Positions 1 through 12,708 of a DNA stretch of 64,000 nucleotides are shown piece by piece; the stretch's first letter is position 1; each line of letters starts with the position of its first letter. The notes under the pieces were generated by a model that made no database searches, was not told the DNA's origin, and saw only the letters and a program-made list of their open reading frames with translations. The stretch lies in contig CM075988.1 of NCBI GenBank assembly GCA_038087875.1, positions 13,330,001 to 13,394,000 on the forward strand, read 5' to 3'. Source of the DNA: Malacoraja senta. Lineage: Eukaryota. The position numbers and the translations under genes are program-made.

Positions 1-1432
1 TCCTTTCAGGTTAGGCAGAGGTTCACTTGCTCCTCCTCCAACCTCATCTACTGTATCCGTTGTTCAAGACGTGCACTCTTAAACATCGGTGAGACCAAAC
101 GCAGACTGGGCGATCCTTTTGCGGAACACCTTTGCTCAGCCTGCCTGAACCTGCCTGATCATAAGCTGGAGTAACTCAGCGGGACAGGCAGCATCTCTGG
201 AGCGAAGGAATGGGTGATGTTTCGGTTCGAGACCCTTCTTCAGACCAAGAGCGGAACTCGCTATCAAAACATGGAGGGGACGGGGGACACAATTTTTTGG
301 CGGCCACGCACGCATGTGCACACACACACACACACACACACGCGTGCGAGGCTTCGGAGGCTCAATCTAGTGCTAAATGCAGCTCAACTGCCTGTCTCAC
401 CAGGTTAACCTACAGCCCTGTCTGGACTGACGGAACACTAGCGCTGCTTCTCCGCGCTGGCCATATTTCCCGCAAGTCCAGGAAGGGTTGTAAGCTCACC
501 TGGCGGGACAGGCAGAGTTAGTTGGGTTTAGCGCTGTTTCTCTGCACTGGCCCGTCTGACTGCCGACCAAAGATTCGATAGCGGAGGATCTTTGCTGCCG
601 ACCTCTCTGGCCACCCGCGGGGGGGGGGGGGGTTACTCGGGAGGGGACAGGACAGCGCCGGAGACCCGGCCGGGATCGATCCTGCCTGTGGATGAAGCGC
701 AGGTCTGTGCCACGTCTCCCTCCTCCAATCGCCGCTCTCTATCTTCAGTCCCACCCCCCCCCCAGTCCTCCCTCCTCCAATCATCCCGCTGAATCATGTC
801 CCGCCCCCATTGCCTGCTGACCGACGTCTCTCTCCTCCAATCGGCACCCTCGATCACTGGATTTTAAAATCCGGATTACAAAAACTTAGGGGGGATGTCC
901 CCCACCTATCAAAACATGGAGGGGACGTGTCCCCTCTGCCCCCCCCCCCCCCCCCGCAGGGTTTTCTTACCTGCTTCAGACCTACCTGATCTCCTGGTTG
1001 CTGGACACTTTAATTATCCTTCCCATTCCTACACAGACCTTTCTATCCTAGGTCTCCTCCATTGTCAGAGTGAGTCTAAACACAAATTGGAGGAACAACA
1101 TCTCATATTTCACTTAGGCAGCTTACAGCCCAGTGGTATATTGATTACTCTCACTTCAGGTAGTCCCAGCATTCCCTCTCTCTCTGTCCTTCCCCCACCC
1201 AAGTTGCACTAGCTTCTCGCTTTCACCATACAAACATCTAACAATGACCTGTTTCTTTTATCATCATTACTTTTTTGCATATCTTTCATTCATTGTTCTT
1301 TATCTTTCCACATCACCATCTATATCTCTAATTTCCCTTATCCCTAACCAGTCTGAAGAAGGGTCTCGACCCGAAATATCACCCATTCCTTCTCTTCAGA
1401 GATGTTGCCTGTCCTGCTGAGTTGCTCCAGCT
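1..1432 (+). mobile_element. Penelope-like element 3' fragment (GIY-YIG endonuclease remnant plus terminal repeat), interrupted by an inverted terminal fragment and a hAT-like insertion
   Basis: Decayed IGETKRRLGD.FAEH (about 85-130) continues at about 982 as PDLLVAGHFN.PSHSYTDLSILGLLHCQSE...KLEEQHLIFHLGSLQPSG; terminal repeat with hammerhead-like core at 1353-1380. Confidence 0.8.
246..973. mobile_element. Non-autonomous hAT-like DNA transposon
   Basis: 8-bp direct repeat cttcagac at 238-245 and 974-981; CA..G/CTG termini; subterminal repeat ctatcaaaacatggagggg near both ends; GC-rich interior. Confidence 0.65.
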
Positions 1433-3589
1433 TCTTAGGTCTCTCAAGCCTGGGAGATGTTGGATGAAGATGCTCTAGTCAACATTGTATGTGAGCCAGA
1501 TTTACCAGACTAATTGATCTTGCTATATGTTTTCCTCAGTATGTTTCAAATCAGATATATAGTTCTATTATAGCATAGGGATCAATATTTGGGGATGAGG
1601 GAAGTTTACCAGGTTGTTATTCAGAATTTAAGCTGGAATATATGCAGAAAATATATATTGGGGATGATCAGCCATGATCACATTGAATGGCGGTGCTGGC
1701 TCGAAGGGCCGAATGGCCTCCTCCTGCACATATTGTCTGTTGAAAAAGTTGGAAATGCAAAGCAGGTCCATTAACAGCAGCAAGGAAAACAGCAACTTAA
1801 TCCGTCAAAGTGAATAATTTTCTAGATTATTAAATGTTATTCCTATTAGTACTCAAACACACTTTTATTTCACCTTTATTGCACATTAAATAGTAGTATA
1901 ATATATTTTATAATGAATCCAATGAGTTTATAGGGACCGGGTACCAATTAGTAATTTGGACCCCAGCTCCATCCTACAAAACTACCCGCGTTCATTAGCT
2001 CTGCTGTTCCAGACCTCAACCCTAGCTTCAGGCACACACCCAGCCCATGTTCTGGACACTGGCCTCTAGCGCACTCCAGACCCTCAGCTCTATTGAGTGA
2101 GTGAACTATTGAGTGAGCCAAATACCAAATCATCGAGATTTCCAAATTATCATAGTCTGGATTATTGGAGCGTTGCTGTACTCGTATCAGTAAATCTCTA
2201 GCGTCAATAGACCCTTCGAGCCAGCACCGCCATTCAATATGATCATGGCTGATCATTCACAATCAGTGGATTCAGTGTCAGGTGAAGAGTGGAGAGAGTT
2301 TGAAAAGTAGAGCTACAACAGCAAGTTATTGCTGTGACACTGCCTTGAGGAGTTCTATCCAATGTCCTGACACTGAGGTGATTAGTCTCCAAGGCAACCA
2401 TCTTTCTTTGCAGAAACATTACTGCTTAACAAGCCTCCCCGTACTGCTTTCCAAATTACAATAGTGATAATGCCTCGACAGTGGTTCAGTTCTTCTCGAG
2501 ATGCAAGGTGTTTTAGGGCACCGACATAAATGCAAGTTTTTCTTTTAAATGTGTCCAAATTAATTCAAGTTATTCTATCTACCTTAATCTGCCCTTTGTT
2601 CATTGTGGTGCAGACAGAATAAAACAAAAAGGTTAAAAACTCTGATGCACAAATGAAAAATATTGTAAAGCAGGGGAGCATGGAGTAGCAGCTGTATGTT
2701 TAAAATTTGGGTATTGATTTTGCAGCTAATCCATTTCATTCAACGAGTAGTGCAATAAAGTACAGCTGATGCAGAATGCAGTGATTCTGGCAACTCCCCA
2801 GCACCTGCTGATTAGGACCCATTATCTAAAACGAACCCAGATAAAAGAGGAAGGTGCAGAATCTTACCCAATTATATTCCCCCTAAACCAACTTAAAACC
2901 TCTTTTGCTAATAGGACGCCACACCAACAATCAACGATAAACATTGCTAAAAATAAAATTGATGCCCCAAATAAAATTTGATATCAATTGTCTGCAGTTG
3001 GTAATAGTTATTTGGGGCAGACCATATTGATACTATTTTTTAATGTCTATTTGGGGTGAAAGGGGTAATCTGCTGTTCAAACTTTAATAATTTCATTTCT
3101 TTTGTTGTAATAATGATTCGACATTAACAATGTTTGCAGTTGGTGTGCACTGATTTTGTTGCATTTCTTGCCAGAGAAAATGAAGCTTTAAACTGGAAGA
3201 GGACAATTATTTTCACCTGTACCAAGGAGCTGTCCATTGTGGTTGGGGCACTGGCAGGATTGAAGGGAATGACACTACCGATCTCTTCAGACCAAATCCT
3301 CCTCCGCTTACTCTTTGACTACTTCTCAGTGAAAAACTGTAGAAACTGTGGAAGCAAACAGCTCCTGCATTCTCCTCTGCCTCACAACAGCCTGACTCAA
3401 GTCCCTTTGTCACTCTTCAAGTACCCAACATTGGAACCTGCCTGAACATTTAACATAATTCAGCCTCATACTGAACCACTGGCTCAGATACCGGCACTGC
3501 ATCTACGTCAGACATTTGGGGAGAGGGGTCTATTCAGGATATTTGTACCCTGAATAGCTAGGTGGGATTTTTATGGGGCCTTCTTGCCT

Positions 3590-3885
3590 GAGGGCTCAGA
3601 CTACAGGAGAAGATTGAAAACACAAGGAACTGCAGATGCTAGAATCGTGAGCAAAACACAAAGTACCAGAGTAACTCAGCAGATCAGCATCTATGGAGAA
3701 CATGGGTAGGCAACGTTTCAGGCTGGTCCCTTCTTCAGACTGATTGTACTAGGGGGAGGAAAAGCTGGAAGAGAGGTGGGGCAAGTCAAAGCAAGGCAAG
3801 TGATAGGTGGATACAGGGGAGGGTTGATTGTCAGATGGTTGCCCAAGGCAAGAGATGGGAAGAAGTTAAAAGGTTGGGAGATAAG
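3590..3885 (-). mobile_element. Old Penelope-like terminal repeat fragment
   Basis: Diverged copy of the ggaactgcagatgct...gagtaactcagc...cttcttcagactg repeat. Confidence 0.55.
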
Positions 3886-4495
3886 GCTTTTTAGCCTTTT
3901 ACCCAACTCTCTATATGCATATTGCAATTCCTCATTCCTTTTTCTACCTATATCATTTGAGCCAACATGCACGACAACTTCCAGCAGCTCATCCTCTTGA
4001 GAATGTCTTGCAGCTGCTCTGAGACAGACTGGACCCTGGCACCAGGGAGGCAGCACACATTCCTGGAGTTTTGACTGCTGCCACAGAATCTCCTGCCTGC
4101 AACCCCTAACTAAAGGGTCACCTACCACTATGGCTCTGCCTGACGTTACCCATCCCTGCTAAGCCTCAGAGCCAGGCTCAATGCCAAAGCCCAACCTTGA
4201 TTCGTCATCCCCCCCTGACACCACACAAAAAGGTGTACCTATTTTGATGGGGGTTAACCAACTGTTACCAGCATTTCTTTCCTTGTGGTTACCCTCTTTC
4301 TTTCTTCCTGGACCTTGGGCGTGACAACCATGCTATACATCTTGTCCAAGAAGCTCTCATTCTCCCGGATGGTCCTGAGGTCATCCAGCTGCAGCTCCAG
4401 TTCCCTAATGTGGTCTTTGAGGAGCTGCACCTGGCCGCAATCCCCACAGGTGTAGTCATCAGGGACACCATACTTCTGATAGCTTTCCACATTCT
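3886..4495 (-). mobile_element. CR1 LINE ORF1 fragment (coiled coil and SGNH esterase-like)
   Basis: VPDDYTCGDCGQVQLLKDHIRELELQLDDLR and VGDPLVRG...VVVHVGSNDIGRK motifs, frameshifted. Confidence 0.8.
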
Positions 4496-5404
4496 ACCAG
4501 TAATGTTTGATTGCAGCAGGAAAGTCAAACTGGCCACCTCATTGGAAATAACTGAGTTCAAAAGAAGACATGAAGAACTTCTACAACAGTCAAACTTTGC
4601 CTTTTAAAATATATTTACAAATCGATGCATAAAAGATCTTAAAAAATATATCAAATTGCACATGCATCTAATGAAGCAGAAACACCACTAGCCTGTTTGT
4701 GATTCTTTTAAGTTACACAAGCACTTGAAGCCGACGATGTCCATCATGTCATTTATTGTCACCTGCAGCAGTCTGATTGTGAGTCAGGGCAAAGTTTGGA
4801 GCATGGCATGGAAAATGACAGCACTGACATCAAATCAAAGCAGCATTTGAATTGGTGTCATGGTCCGCCCATTCTGGATTCCATCAGTGATGGTTAGATG
4901 GGTGATCTAAATGGCTTAACAATCCATCAGATGTGTACTCATGCCCTTAGATTCTATGTTTGAAGTCAAATGGCATCTATAAACAAGGACCATGGAACCC
5001 AGTTTCTCTCCCTTACAGTTTGACCAAGTTTCCTATAATGGCCAAGAATACCGACTTAAAATGAGGCCTTTCAACTTCAAAGCATTAAATATATATTTAT
5101 TTTATGAAGTAGTTAAAGAATGACAATTCCTTTTGCAATATCGAAATGTGTTGCAATTTCAAGCTGCCTAACCTAAGTATCGTCTAAAATCAAAATAAAG
5201 AAAAAGAAAAGCAATTGAATATAAAATGTTTAAAGCATGCTTCACTGACTATTTCACATTTTATTTTATGGTAACTTTTTTTCAAACCTTCCATTGATTT
5301 CTGCAGATTTCATGCAATGAACCTCTTTCTTCACTTTGATCTTCATGATAGTTACTGATGACAAAAAGTAAATAAACATCTAGTAATAGAAGCCCAAGAA
5401 CACA

Positions 5405-5710
5405 GGGGCGGCACGGTGGCATAGCGGTAGAGCTACTGCCTAACAGTGCCAGAGATCCGGGTTCGATCCTGACTAAGGGTGCTTGTCTGCACCTTCTCCC
5501 GTGACCTGCGTGGGTTTTCTCCGAGATCTTTGGTTTCCTCCCACACTCTAAAGACTTGGAGGTCTGTAGGTTAATTGGCTTTACATTTTAAATGTAAAAT
5601 TGTCCCTGGTGTCTGTAGGATAGTGTTGGTGTGCAGGAATTGCAGGTCGGTACGGACGGTGGGCCGAAAGGCCTGTTTCCGCACTCTATCACAAAAACTA
5701 AAAACTAAAA
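5405..5710 (+). mobile_element. tRNA-derived V-SINE (HE1-like)
   Basis: A box (tggcatagcggt), B box (ggttcgatcc), V-domain cttctcccgtgacctgcgtgggtttt...ttcctcccacactc and CR1-like tail gggccgaaaggcctgttt. Confidence 0.85.
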
Positions 5711-6292
5711 CACAAATATAGAAGGAAACAGGACAATCCTTTTTCATTTTACAGTGCAACATTTTATTATCTTTACAAATAGACAAATATGTATTTTTCT
5801 CCCCCACTTGACATCGCCCTCAACTCCTAGTGAGTTTCACACAGCACCATCTGGCTCATTTCAGCTTTTAAATAGAAAATTCTCAGATTAGCTGTTTTGA
5901 TGTTAATTTTTCCTTGATTGGAGCTGTACACCTTCAGTTAAATTCCGTGCGTATTTTATAACATGAGTAATAAAAGAAAAAATCTGCAGAGTCTCTGGGC
6001 ACCACAGTTCACAAGAGGCAGGCTTTTAACCTCCAGTAGCTGACGTTTTAATGTGGCTGAATCGTAGGGGTTAAGAGCTTCCACATCCATTGGATCTGAG
6101 CTTTTCATTTACTCAAAGCAATCTATAAGTTGATTGGTGTAACATTTGAGAATGTTGATGTCATTTAAGTGTTAAGTAAAATTAGTTTGATCTTCACGAT
6201 ACAATGGTGTAAATGAGGCAACAGCAAGGCTGGTGTCTATGTAACTTTTATTCCAGAATCTTAATGGCTAATGCCAATGGTTCTATTTGGAA

Positions 6293-6735
6293 TGAAGATA
6301 GAAAGCTGGAGTAACTCAGTGGGACAGGCAACATCTCTGGAGAGAAGGAATGGGTGACGTTTCAGGTCGACCCTTCTTCAGACTGGTTAGGGATAAGGGA
6401 AACGAGAGATATAGACGGTGATGTGGAGAGATAAAGAACAATGAATGAAAGATATACAAAAAAGTAACGATGATAAAGGAAACAAGCCATTGGTAGCTGT
6501 TTGTAGGGTGAAATTGAGAAGGGAGAGAAAGAGAGAGAGAGAGGGAATGCCAGGGTTACCTGAAATGAGAGAAATCAATATTCATATCACTGGGCTGTAA
6601 GCTGCCCAAGCAAAATATGAGATGCTGTTCATCCAATTGGCGTTTCGCCTCACTCTGACAATGGAGGAGACCGAGAAAGGTCTGTGTAGGAATGGGAGGG
6701 AGAATTAAAGTGTCCAGCAACCGGGAGATCAGGTT
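6293..6735 (-). mobile_element. Penelope-like element 3' fragment
   Basis: Reverse complement of the 982-1432 segment (GIY-YIG tail plus terminal repeat). Confidence 0.8.
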
Positions 6736-6744
6736 GGGGAAGTT

Positions 6745-7125
6745 TTGTTTAGAGATATGGCATGTAAACAGGCCCTTCGGCCCACTGAGTCCACACTGAC
6801 CAGCAATCGCCCATTCACACTAGTTCTATATTATCCCACTTTTGTACCCACTCCCTACACACTAAGGGTAATTTACAGAGGCCAAATAACCTATTGTGGA
6901 TGATCAGCCATGATCATAGTGAATGGCTCGAAGGGCTGAACGGCCTACTCCTGCACCAATTGTCTAATATCTTTGGAATGTGGGAGGATGCCAGAAAACC
7001 CAGAGAAAACCCACCTGGTTATAGGGAGAACGTGCAAACTCCACTCAGACAGCACCCAAAGTCAGGACCGAAATCGGGTCTCTGGCATTGAGTGGCCGTG
7101 GCTCTACCAGCCGTGCCACTGGGCT
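6745..7125 (-). mobile_element. V-SINE (HE1-like) with nested CR1 3' tail (about 6895-6960)
   Basis: Reverse complement of the 5405 element; contains a gatcagccatgatcat...aagggctgaacggcctactcctgc insert. Confidence 0.7.
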
Positions 7126-8361
7126 GCTTGAGAAGGCAGGTCATTTTTATTAAAAATATCTTAACTTTTGATTTAATTATTTTCAAGTGTTATTGATGTA
7201 AATTACTTTAACCACGTATTTTTCTTTTAATAATATGTATATTGTAATTATATCATTCGAATTAGATTTAGTATGAACACCAGAGACAACTAATCACTTT
7301 ATTTACAGCTGACCAACTTGGAGTGTGTGCTTTGTGGATGGTCTGAACTGTTTGGAGAGAGGACCGTTACAATGAACCACCAAAGGCACTGTTGACAGTG
7401 AGGCTGTATATTGCAGTGTGGAGTTCTTCAGAGCAGTAGGTCTGAAGTCCACATCCAGGCCAGTTAAGTATGGGTGTGGATGGATGGAGCGATCACAGGT
7501 GCACTTTATGGCAGGGGGACAATATCAGCTAGATTGAACATTAAATATAAATTCTGCCATTGTTCAGCTTCAGTCTGATGCCTGTGATGGCTTAAACACA
7601 TAAGAGGAGGCAGAAATCACAAAGCTAAACTTTCAATCTGCACAACGTCTATGGATAGATTTACACAGTGCCACTTGTGTGGACATTTTTGGATTGCTTC
7701 GTTCACCCATTGCCTGCTTACATTCGATTTATGCTTCTTCTGTATCAGGGTGTGGATGAGAAAGCTCATTCCTCACTTATTTTCCCAGTTCAAAAGAAGA
7801 GGCAACTATATTCAAGTGTCTGCTGCCACCACTTGACGTGTGATTTGGTAATCATACAATGAGCAGGCATGAAGCCTGCAATGTTCAGCTAAATGGAAAC
7901 AAGTGTGATTTGGGGGTATAGAGGGAGGTAGTATCTCATAGCAGCAATTGCAAACTTCCTCCAGAATAGCTTCTTTCTCATTTTAGTATCTTTGCTAAAT
8001 CCTCTAATTTAGATGGATTGACAAATCAATGAGCAGACACTGTTCAAAAAGCCAACAGTTATAAATATGCTTGAAGGCAATTTAATCTAACAATTATCTA
8101 CACCAGAAGTTTACAATGCAAGAATAAAGAGCAAGGCTGACATGCAAAGAAGCTGCAATTAAGCCAAACTATTTATGTAATTGGAAAGAAAAGCAGGAAT
8201 AGCCATTGATTTTGAACCTCCCATAGCTAACTTGAAGGTAGCATCATCACAGTATCTCCTTAACTTTCTGAAAGAATTGAAACTGAAGAAAACATAAGAA
8301 AAAAATGTCACATTGATTCTCTGACCAGCTATCAGGCACACACTTAACATTATCAGCTGAA

Positions 8362-8571
8362 GATAGACACAAAAAGCTGGAGTAACTGAGCGGGACAGGC
8401 AGCATCTCTGGAGAGAAGGAATGGGTGACGTTTCGGGTCGAGACTGAAGAAGGGTCTCGACCCCAAACCTCACCCATTCCTTCTATCCAGAGATGCTGCC
8501 TGTACCGCTGAATTACTCCAGCTTTTTGTGTCTATCTTCGGTTTAAACCTGCATCTGCAGTTCCTTCTTAC
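8362..8571. mobile_element. Fold-back Penelope-derived short element with 15-bp TSD
   Basis: Two inverted terminal-repeat arms; flanks acattatcagctgaa (8347-8361) and acattatcaactgaa (8572-8586). Confidence 0.85.
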
Positions 8572-8975
8572 ACATTATCAACTGAACATGTAATCTGGCT
8601 AATTGAAATGTAATATTGATTTTGTCAAATGAGACGGCAATGATAATCTTATTGATGGATATTTGCAAAGTAATTACGTTACATTATGACAAATTATGTT
8701 TGAATGTCTCCGTAGTCAGAAATGTTTAACACAAAGTTCATAAAATTCTGCCATTAAAATTTATCCTGGGCATGAACATATTCAGGTAGTTAACACACTT
8801 AATCAGGTACATTCCAAGTAATAGGCAGCAGACTGATCTACGTATGATCAATATATATCCATCATAAGCTGCAATTGTAGGTGGAGAGTCAACAACTTGA
8901 CAACTAAACACCGAACTATGAACTGCCTTGGTTGCACAAGGGACATTGGGCTTTGTTTTATTTTGCACTATATTG

Positions 8976-9255
8976 TTTAGTTTAGTTTAGAGAAGCAGCA
9001 CAGAAACAGGACCTTCGGCCCTCCGAGTCCGCACCGACCAGCGATCCCTGCACATTAACACTATCCTACACACACTAGGGACAATTTACACTTATACCAA
9101 ACCAATTAACCTACAAACCTGTACATCTTTGGAGTGTGGGAGGAAACCGAAGATCTCGGAGAACATACAGACTCCGTAGCCAGGATCGAACCCGGGTCTC
9201 CGGCGCTGCAAGCGCTATAAGGCAGCAACTCTACTGCTGCTCCACCGTGCCGACC
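8976..9255 (-). mobile_element. V-SINE (HE1-like)
   Basis: Reverse-strand B box (ggatcgaacccgg), V-domain and (tttag)n tail. Confidence 0.8.
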
Positions 9256-9647
9256 TATATTGTGTTTTTTTATTTATTGAACAATTTTCTTTGGTTATTA
9301 TATTATCTTTTGAGTAATGTGTTTAGAAACCTGTTGTGCTGCTGCAAGTAGGAATTTCATTGTTCCGTTTTGGGACATATGACAATAAAATAATCTCGAC
9401 TCTAGATTTTTTTGCATGTTCGAAATAAAATATATACTACTACCAAATATATACTACTAGATTTTCATTGTTTTGTTCCCAGTGCCTATGAAAATTATGC
9501 TGTTTCGACTCTTTAAGTGGAACTATTGCTCGGAATCAAAAGTAGAAATGAGGAAGAACTCAACCAGTCAAGCATCATTCATGGAAACAACAAGCAGTCA
9601 AAGTTTCAGGTTCACGATCCATCTTCAGGACTGAGGGAAGAGTGGGT

Positions 9648-9923
9648 CAGGTCAAGTCAAGTCACTTTTATTTCTATAGCACATTTAAAAAACAACTCTC
9701 GTTGACCAAAGTGCTTTACATTGGTGGAGGTACTAACGTTATACAACATTGGTTCATAGATTAAGTACATACATAAATACATACATATAGCCCTCCCTCA
9801 GAGGACGTCAAGAAAGGCTTGAGAGTAAAGATGAGTTTTTAGTCTCGACTTAAGAGTCGATGGAGGGGGCAGTTCTGATGGGAAGAGGGATGCTGTTCCA
9901 CAGTCTAGGAGCTGCAACCGCAA
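9648..9923 (-). mobile_element. L2-like LINE 3' end nested in an old Penelope-like fragment (about 9530-10260)
   Basis: (tcaag)n tail and tttatttctatagcacattt...aaagtgctttaca 3' signature; flanked by agtgggt at 9641-9647 and 9924-9930. Confidence 0.6.
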
Positions 9924-11739
9924 AGTGGGTGGGATCTACAATTGGCTGGGGTGTGAAGGAATGAGATATACGATGAAAGATCAAGTGGAGACATATTAAG
10001 ACAGATCTGGTGATAAGGATCATGAGTATTGACCATTAGTGAGGCATTTTAAAGAAACGAGGTGAAAAGGGACTGGAGCATGATAATAGCAAACAACGAG
10101 AGAGCAGTTTACCTGAAATTGGAGAATTTGCTGTTCATTCCAGAAGATTGCAAGGTGCCTGGATGGAAGATAAGATGTTGTTCTTGTTTACATTGAGCAT
10201 CACCATGGCAGCGGAGGAGGCAGTGGACAGATCAGAAAGGGATCAGGACTGAGAATTAATGGAACAATGAGGGCTGATGTGCATGGTTATGGTCCCTAGC
10301 CATAGAAATGTGACCAAAGTTCAGGCCAAGATATCCAGACTTCCCTTGTAGGACCCAAAGGAGTACCTCAACTCATTTGGCATGATGAATACTTTCCTTT
10401 GAAACATCATCATTTAATATTTCATCGTCTATTGAGCATGCCAAATGTGTGGCATCAGTACAAAGTTTTCTGCTTCGAAATGTGTTCCATTGAAGTCAAT
10501 GAACTTCTCAGGCAGTCTATAATATTCTGGTGCTCTTATAGAACAGGTTTAGCACAACTCATCAAGGTTGAATTTCAGGGCATACGATTTACACCACGGA
10601 ACCCAACCAGCTTCCTGACAAGTTTACTCAAAATAGATACAAGTTCAGGGATCTGCAACATGTGAACATTAATAAGTGATGTATGTAGTTCATTGTATTC
10701 TTCTGACCCGAAATGTTACTCCAGCACTTTGTGTCTTTTTTGGTTAACCAACATCTGCAGTTCCTGACGTCTCCATAAATTCGGGGGTGTATGTACATCA
10801 TGAAACACCAGCATCCCGCCAGCTGCCAAAGCTAGTGTTGTTTTGAATCCAGGTCAGCCATAAATGGAGGTTCTTCCTCACTTCAGTCCCCTCAGTCATG
10901 TTGACCGTGCAAATTCGCAGCGACTCGTAATATTCCCACTCTCCTCTATAATGGGTTTATCATTGTGTAAACCCAGTGCAGGTGTTCATTATCATCTGTT
11001 TAATCAATAACCGTCGCATTTAGCTCTTTGCTCATTTTAGCAGTGTCTTATCTGGCATGAAAGGTTTTAATGATATTACACTGTATGGTGATCTTACTTC
11101 CTATTTAGTTGAATGGACCATTTTAATTGGTTGATAAAAGCAAATAAAAAGGAATATTGAATAATTACACTTGTAATATCTTAGCAGCATGAATAAAATA
11201 CATCACATATTGCAATAATTTCTCACTTAAGTCGTATTTTCTGCTCCATCTGAAAAGCATGTTATTTTATAGAATCCAATTTACAAATGTAATCAGCGGC
11301 ATTAGAAGGTTTATATTTACTTTTATTTTCAGTTACCTCCTGTCACCACACCTTTGAAGGCTGAAAAAGTTGCCACTAATTAGTTTAATAAAATAATGCA
11401 ACATGTGAAGGTTAATACATGATGTAGTTCATTGTATTCTTCTGGGGAACAAGATACTGACGAGAAAGACCACAAGTGCTCTTGTTAGCCTTTGATGTAA
11501 GGGGAAGATAGATTTCCTGTACAAAGCTGTGTTCATCATTTTGAAGAGATGCTAAATTTCATTGTGGTTTTGGAGCCAAAGAGAAACATGTTACAAAGTA
11601 AAAGGAATATTAAGTGACTTACCACTGAGACCATTTTGCTGCAGTTCTTACATTTTTTTGGCCACGGTATTTAAATACTGGATTAAATTTAACATTGATC
11701 AGTTGATGTATTTAAATGACTTGGACGAGTTTGTGATTT

Positions 11740-12708
11740 AAATAAATGACTTGGACGCCAACGTAGACGGGTTGGTGAGTAAGTTTACTGACAACATCAA
11801 AATTGGAGGAGTTGCAGACGGTGAGGAAGGTTGTCAGAAAATACAGTGGGACGTAGATCAGCTGAAGAAATGGGTGGAGAAATGGCAGGTGGAGCTTCAT
11901 CTGAGCAAGTCTGAGGTGTTGCATTTTGGTCGGTTGAATGTAAAGGGAGAGTTTACAATTAATGGCAACACCCTAACAGGATTGATGTGCAGAGGGATCT
12001 TGGAGTTAAAGCTCATAGCTCACTGAATGTGGCAGCACAAGTCAATATGGTGGTAAAGAACGAGTATGGTGTGCTTTATTTTCAATGCTAGGGGCATTAA
12101 GTATAAGAGTCAGGATGTCATGATACAGCACTGTATGACTTTGATTAGGCCACATTTGAAATATTGCGTGCGGTTCTGGTCTCGCCTTTACAGGAAGGAT
12201 GTGGGGACTTTGGAGAAGGTGCAGAGTTTACCAGAATGATGCCTGGTTAGAGGGAGAGGTTGGGTAGACTTGAATTGTTTTCTCTGCAATGTTGGAGGTT
12301 GAGCGGAGAGTAGATGGAGGTATTTACAATTATGAGAGGCATAGAATGGGTGGACAGTCAGGACAGTCAGAACCTTTTTCCCCAGGGTGGAAATGTCCAA
12401 CACTAAAGGGCATAGCTCTAAGGTGAGAGGGGGAATGTTTAATGGAGATATGCGGGGCAAGTGTTTTTACACAGAGAGTAGTGGGGGCCTGGAATGCATT
12501 GCCGTGGGTGATGGCTGAGGCAGATATGATAGTGGCATTTAAGAGGCTTTTCGATACGCATATGGAAGTGCAAAGAATGGAGGGATATGGATCATGTACA
12601 GGCAGATGAGGGCTGATATGCATGGCTAGGGTCCCTATCCATTCATATTCGGCACAAACATTGTTGACCAAAGGGCCAGTTCCTGTGCTGTATTATTCTA
12701 TGTTCTAT
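11740..12708 (+). mobile_element. CR1 LINE, 5'-truncated (RT C-terminal part and 3' UTR)
   Basis: SKFTDNIKIGGV...IQWDVDQLKKWVEKWQVE...KSEVLHFGR, then decayed RPHLKYCVRFWSR; ends tattctatgttctat. Confidence 0.88.

Noticed and set aside
3134-3445. 103-aa ORF as a possible exon of a neighbouring gene
   Set aside because: No recognisable protein similarity or convincing splice pair; cannot be supported without a search.
5405-5480. tRNA-like sequence with A and B boxes
   Set aside because: It continues into a V-domain and LINE-like tail and recurs several times, so it is a SINE head rather than a tRNA gene.
8159-8477. Recurring short ORFs with peptides such as [14 protein letters not shown] and [13 protein letters not shown]
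   Set aside because: These are translations of the non-coding Penelope terminal repeat, found in varying frames with no conserved start or stop.
8362-8571. Long hairpins as microRNA precursors or DNA-type MITEs
   Set aside because: Arms derive from the Penelope terminal repeat, are asymmetric, and have 14-16 bp TSDs, unlike the short fixed TSDs of MITEs; no known miRNA was recognised.
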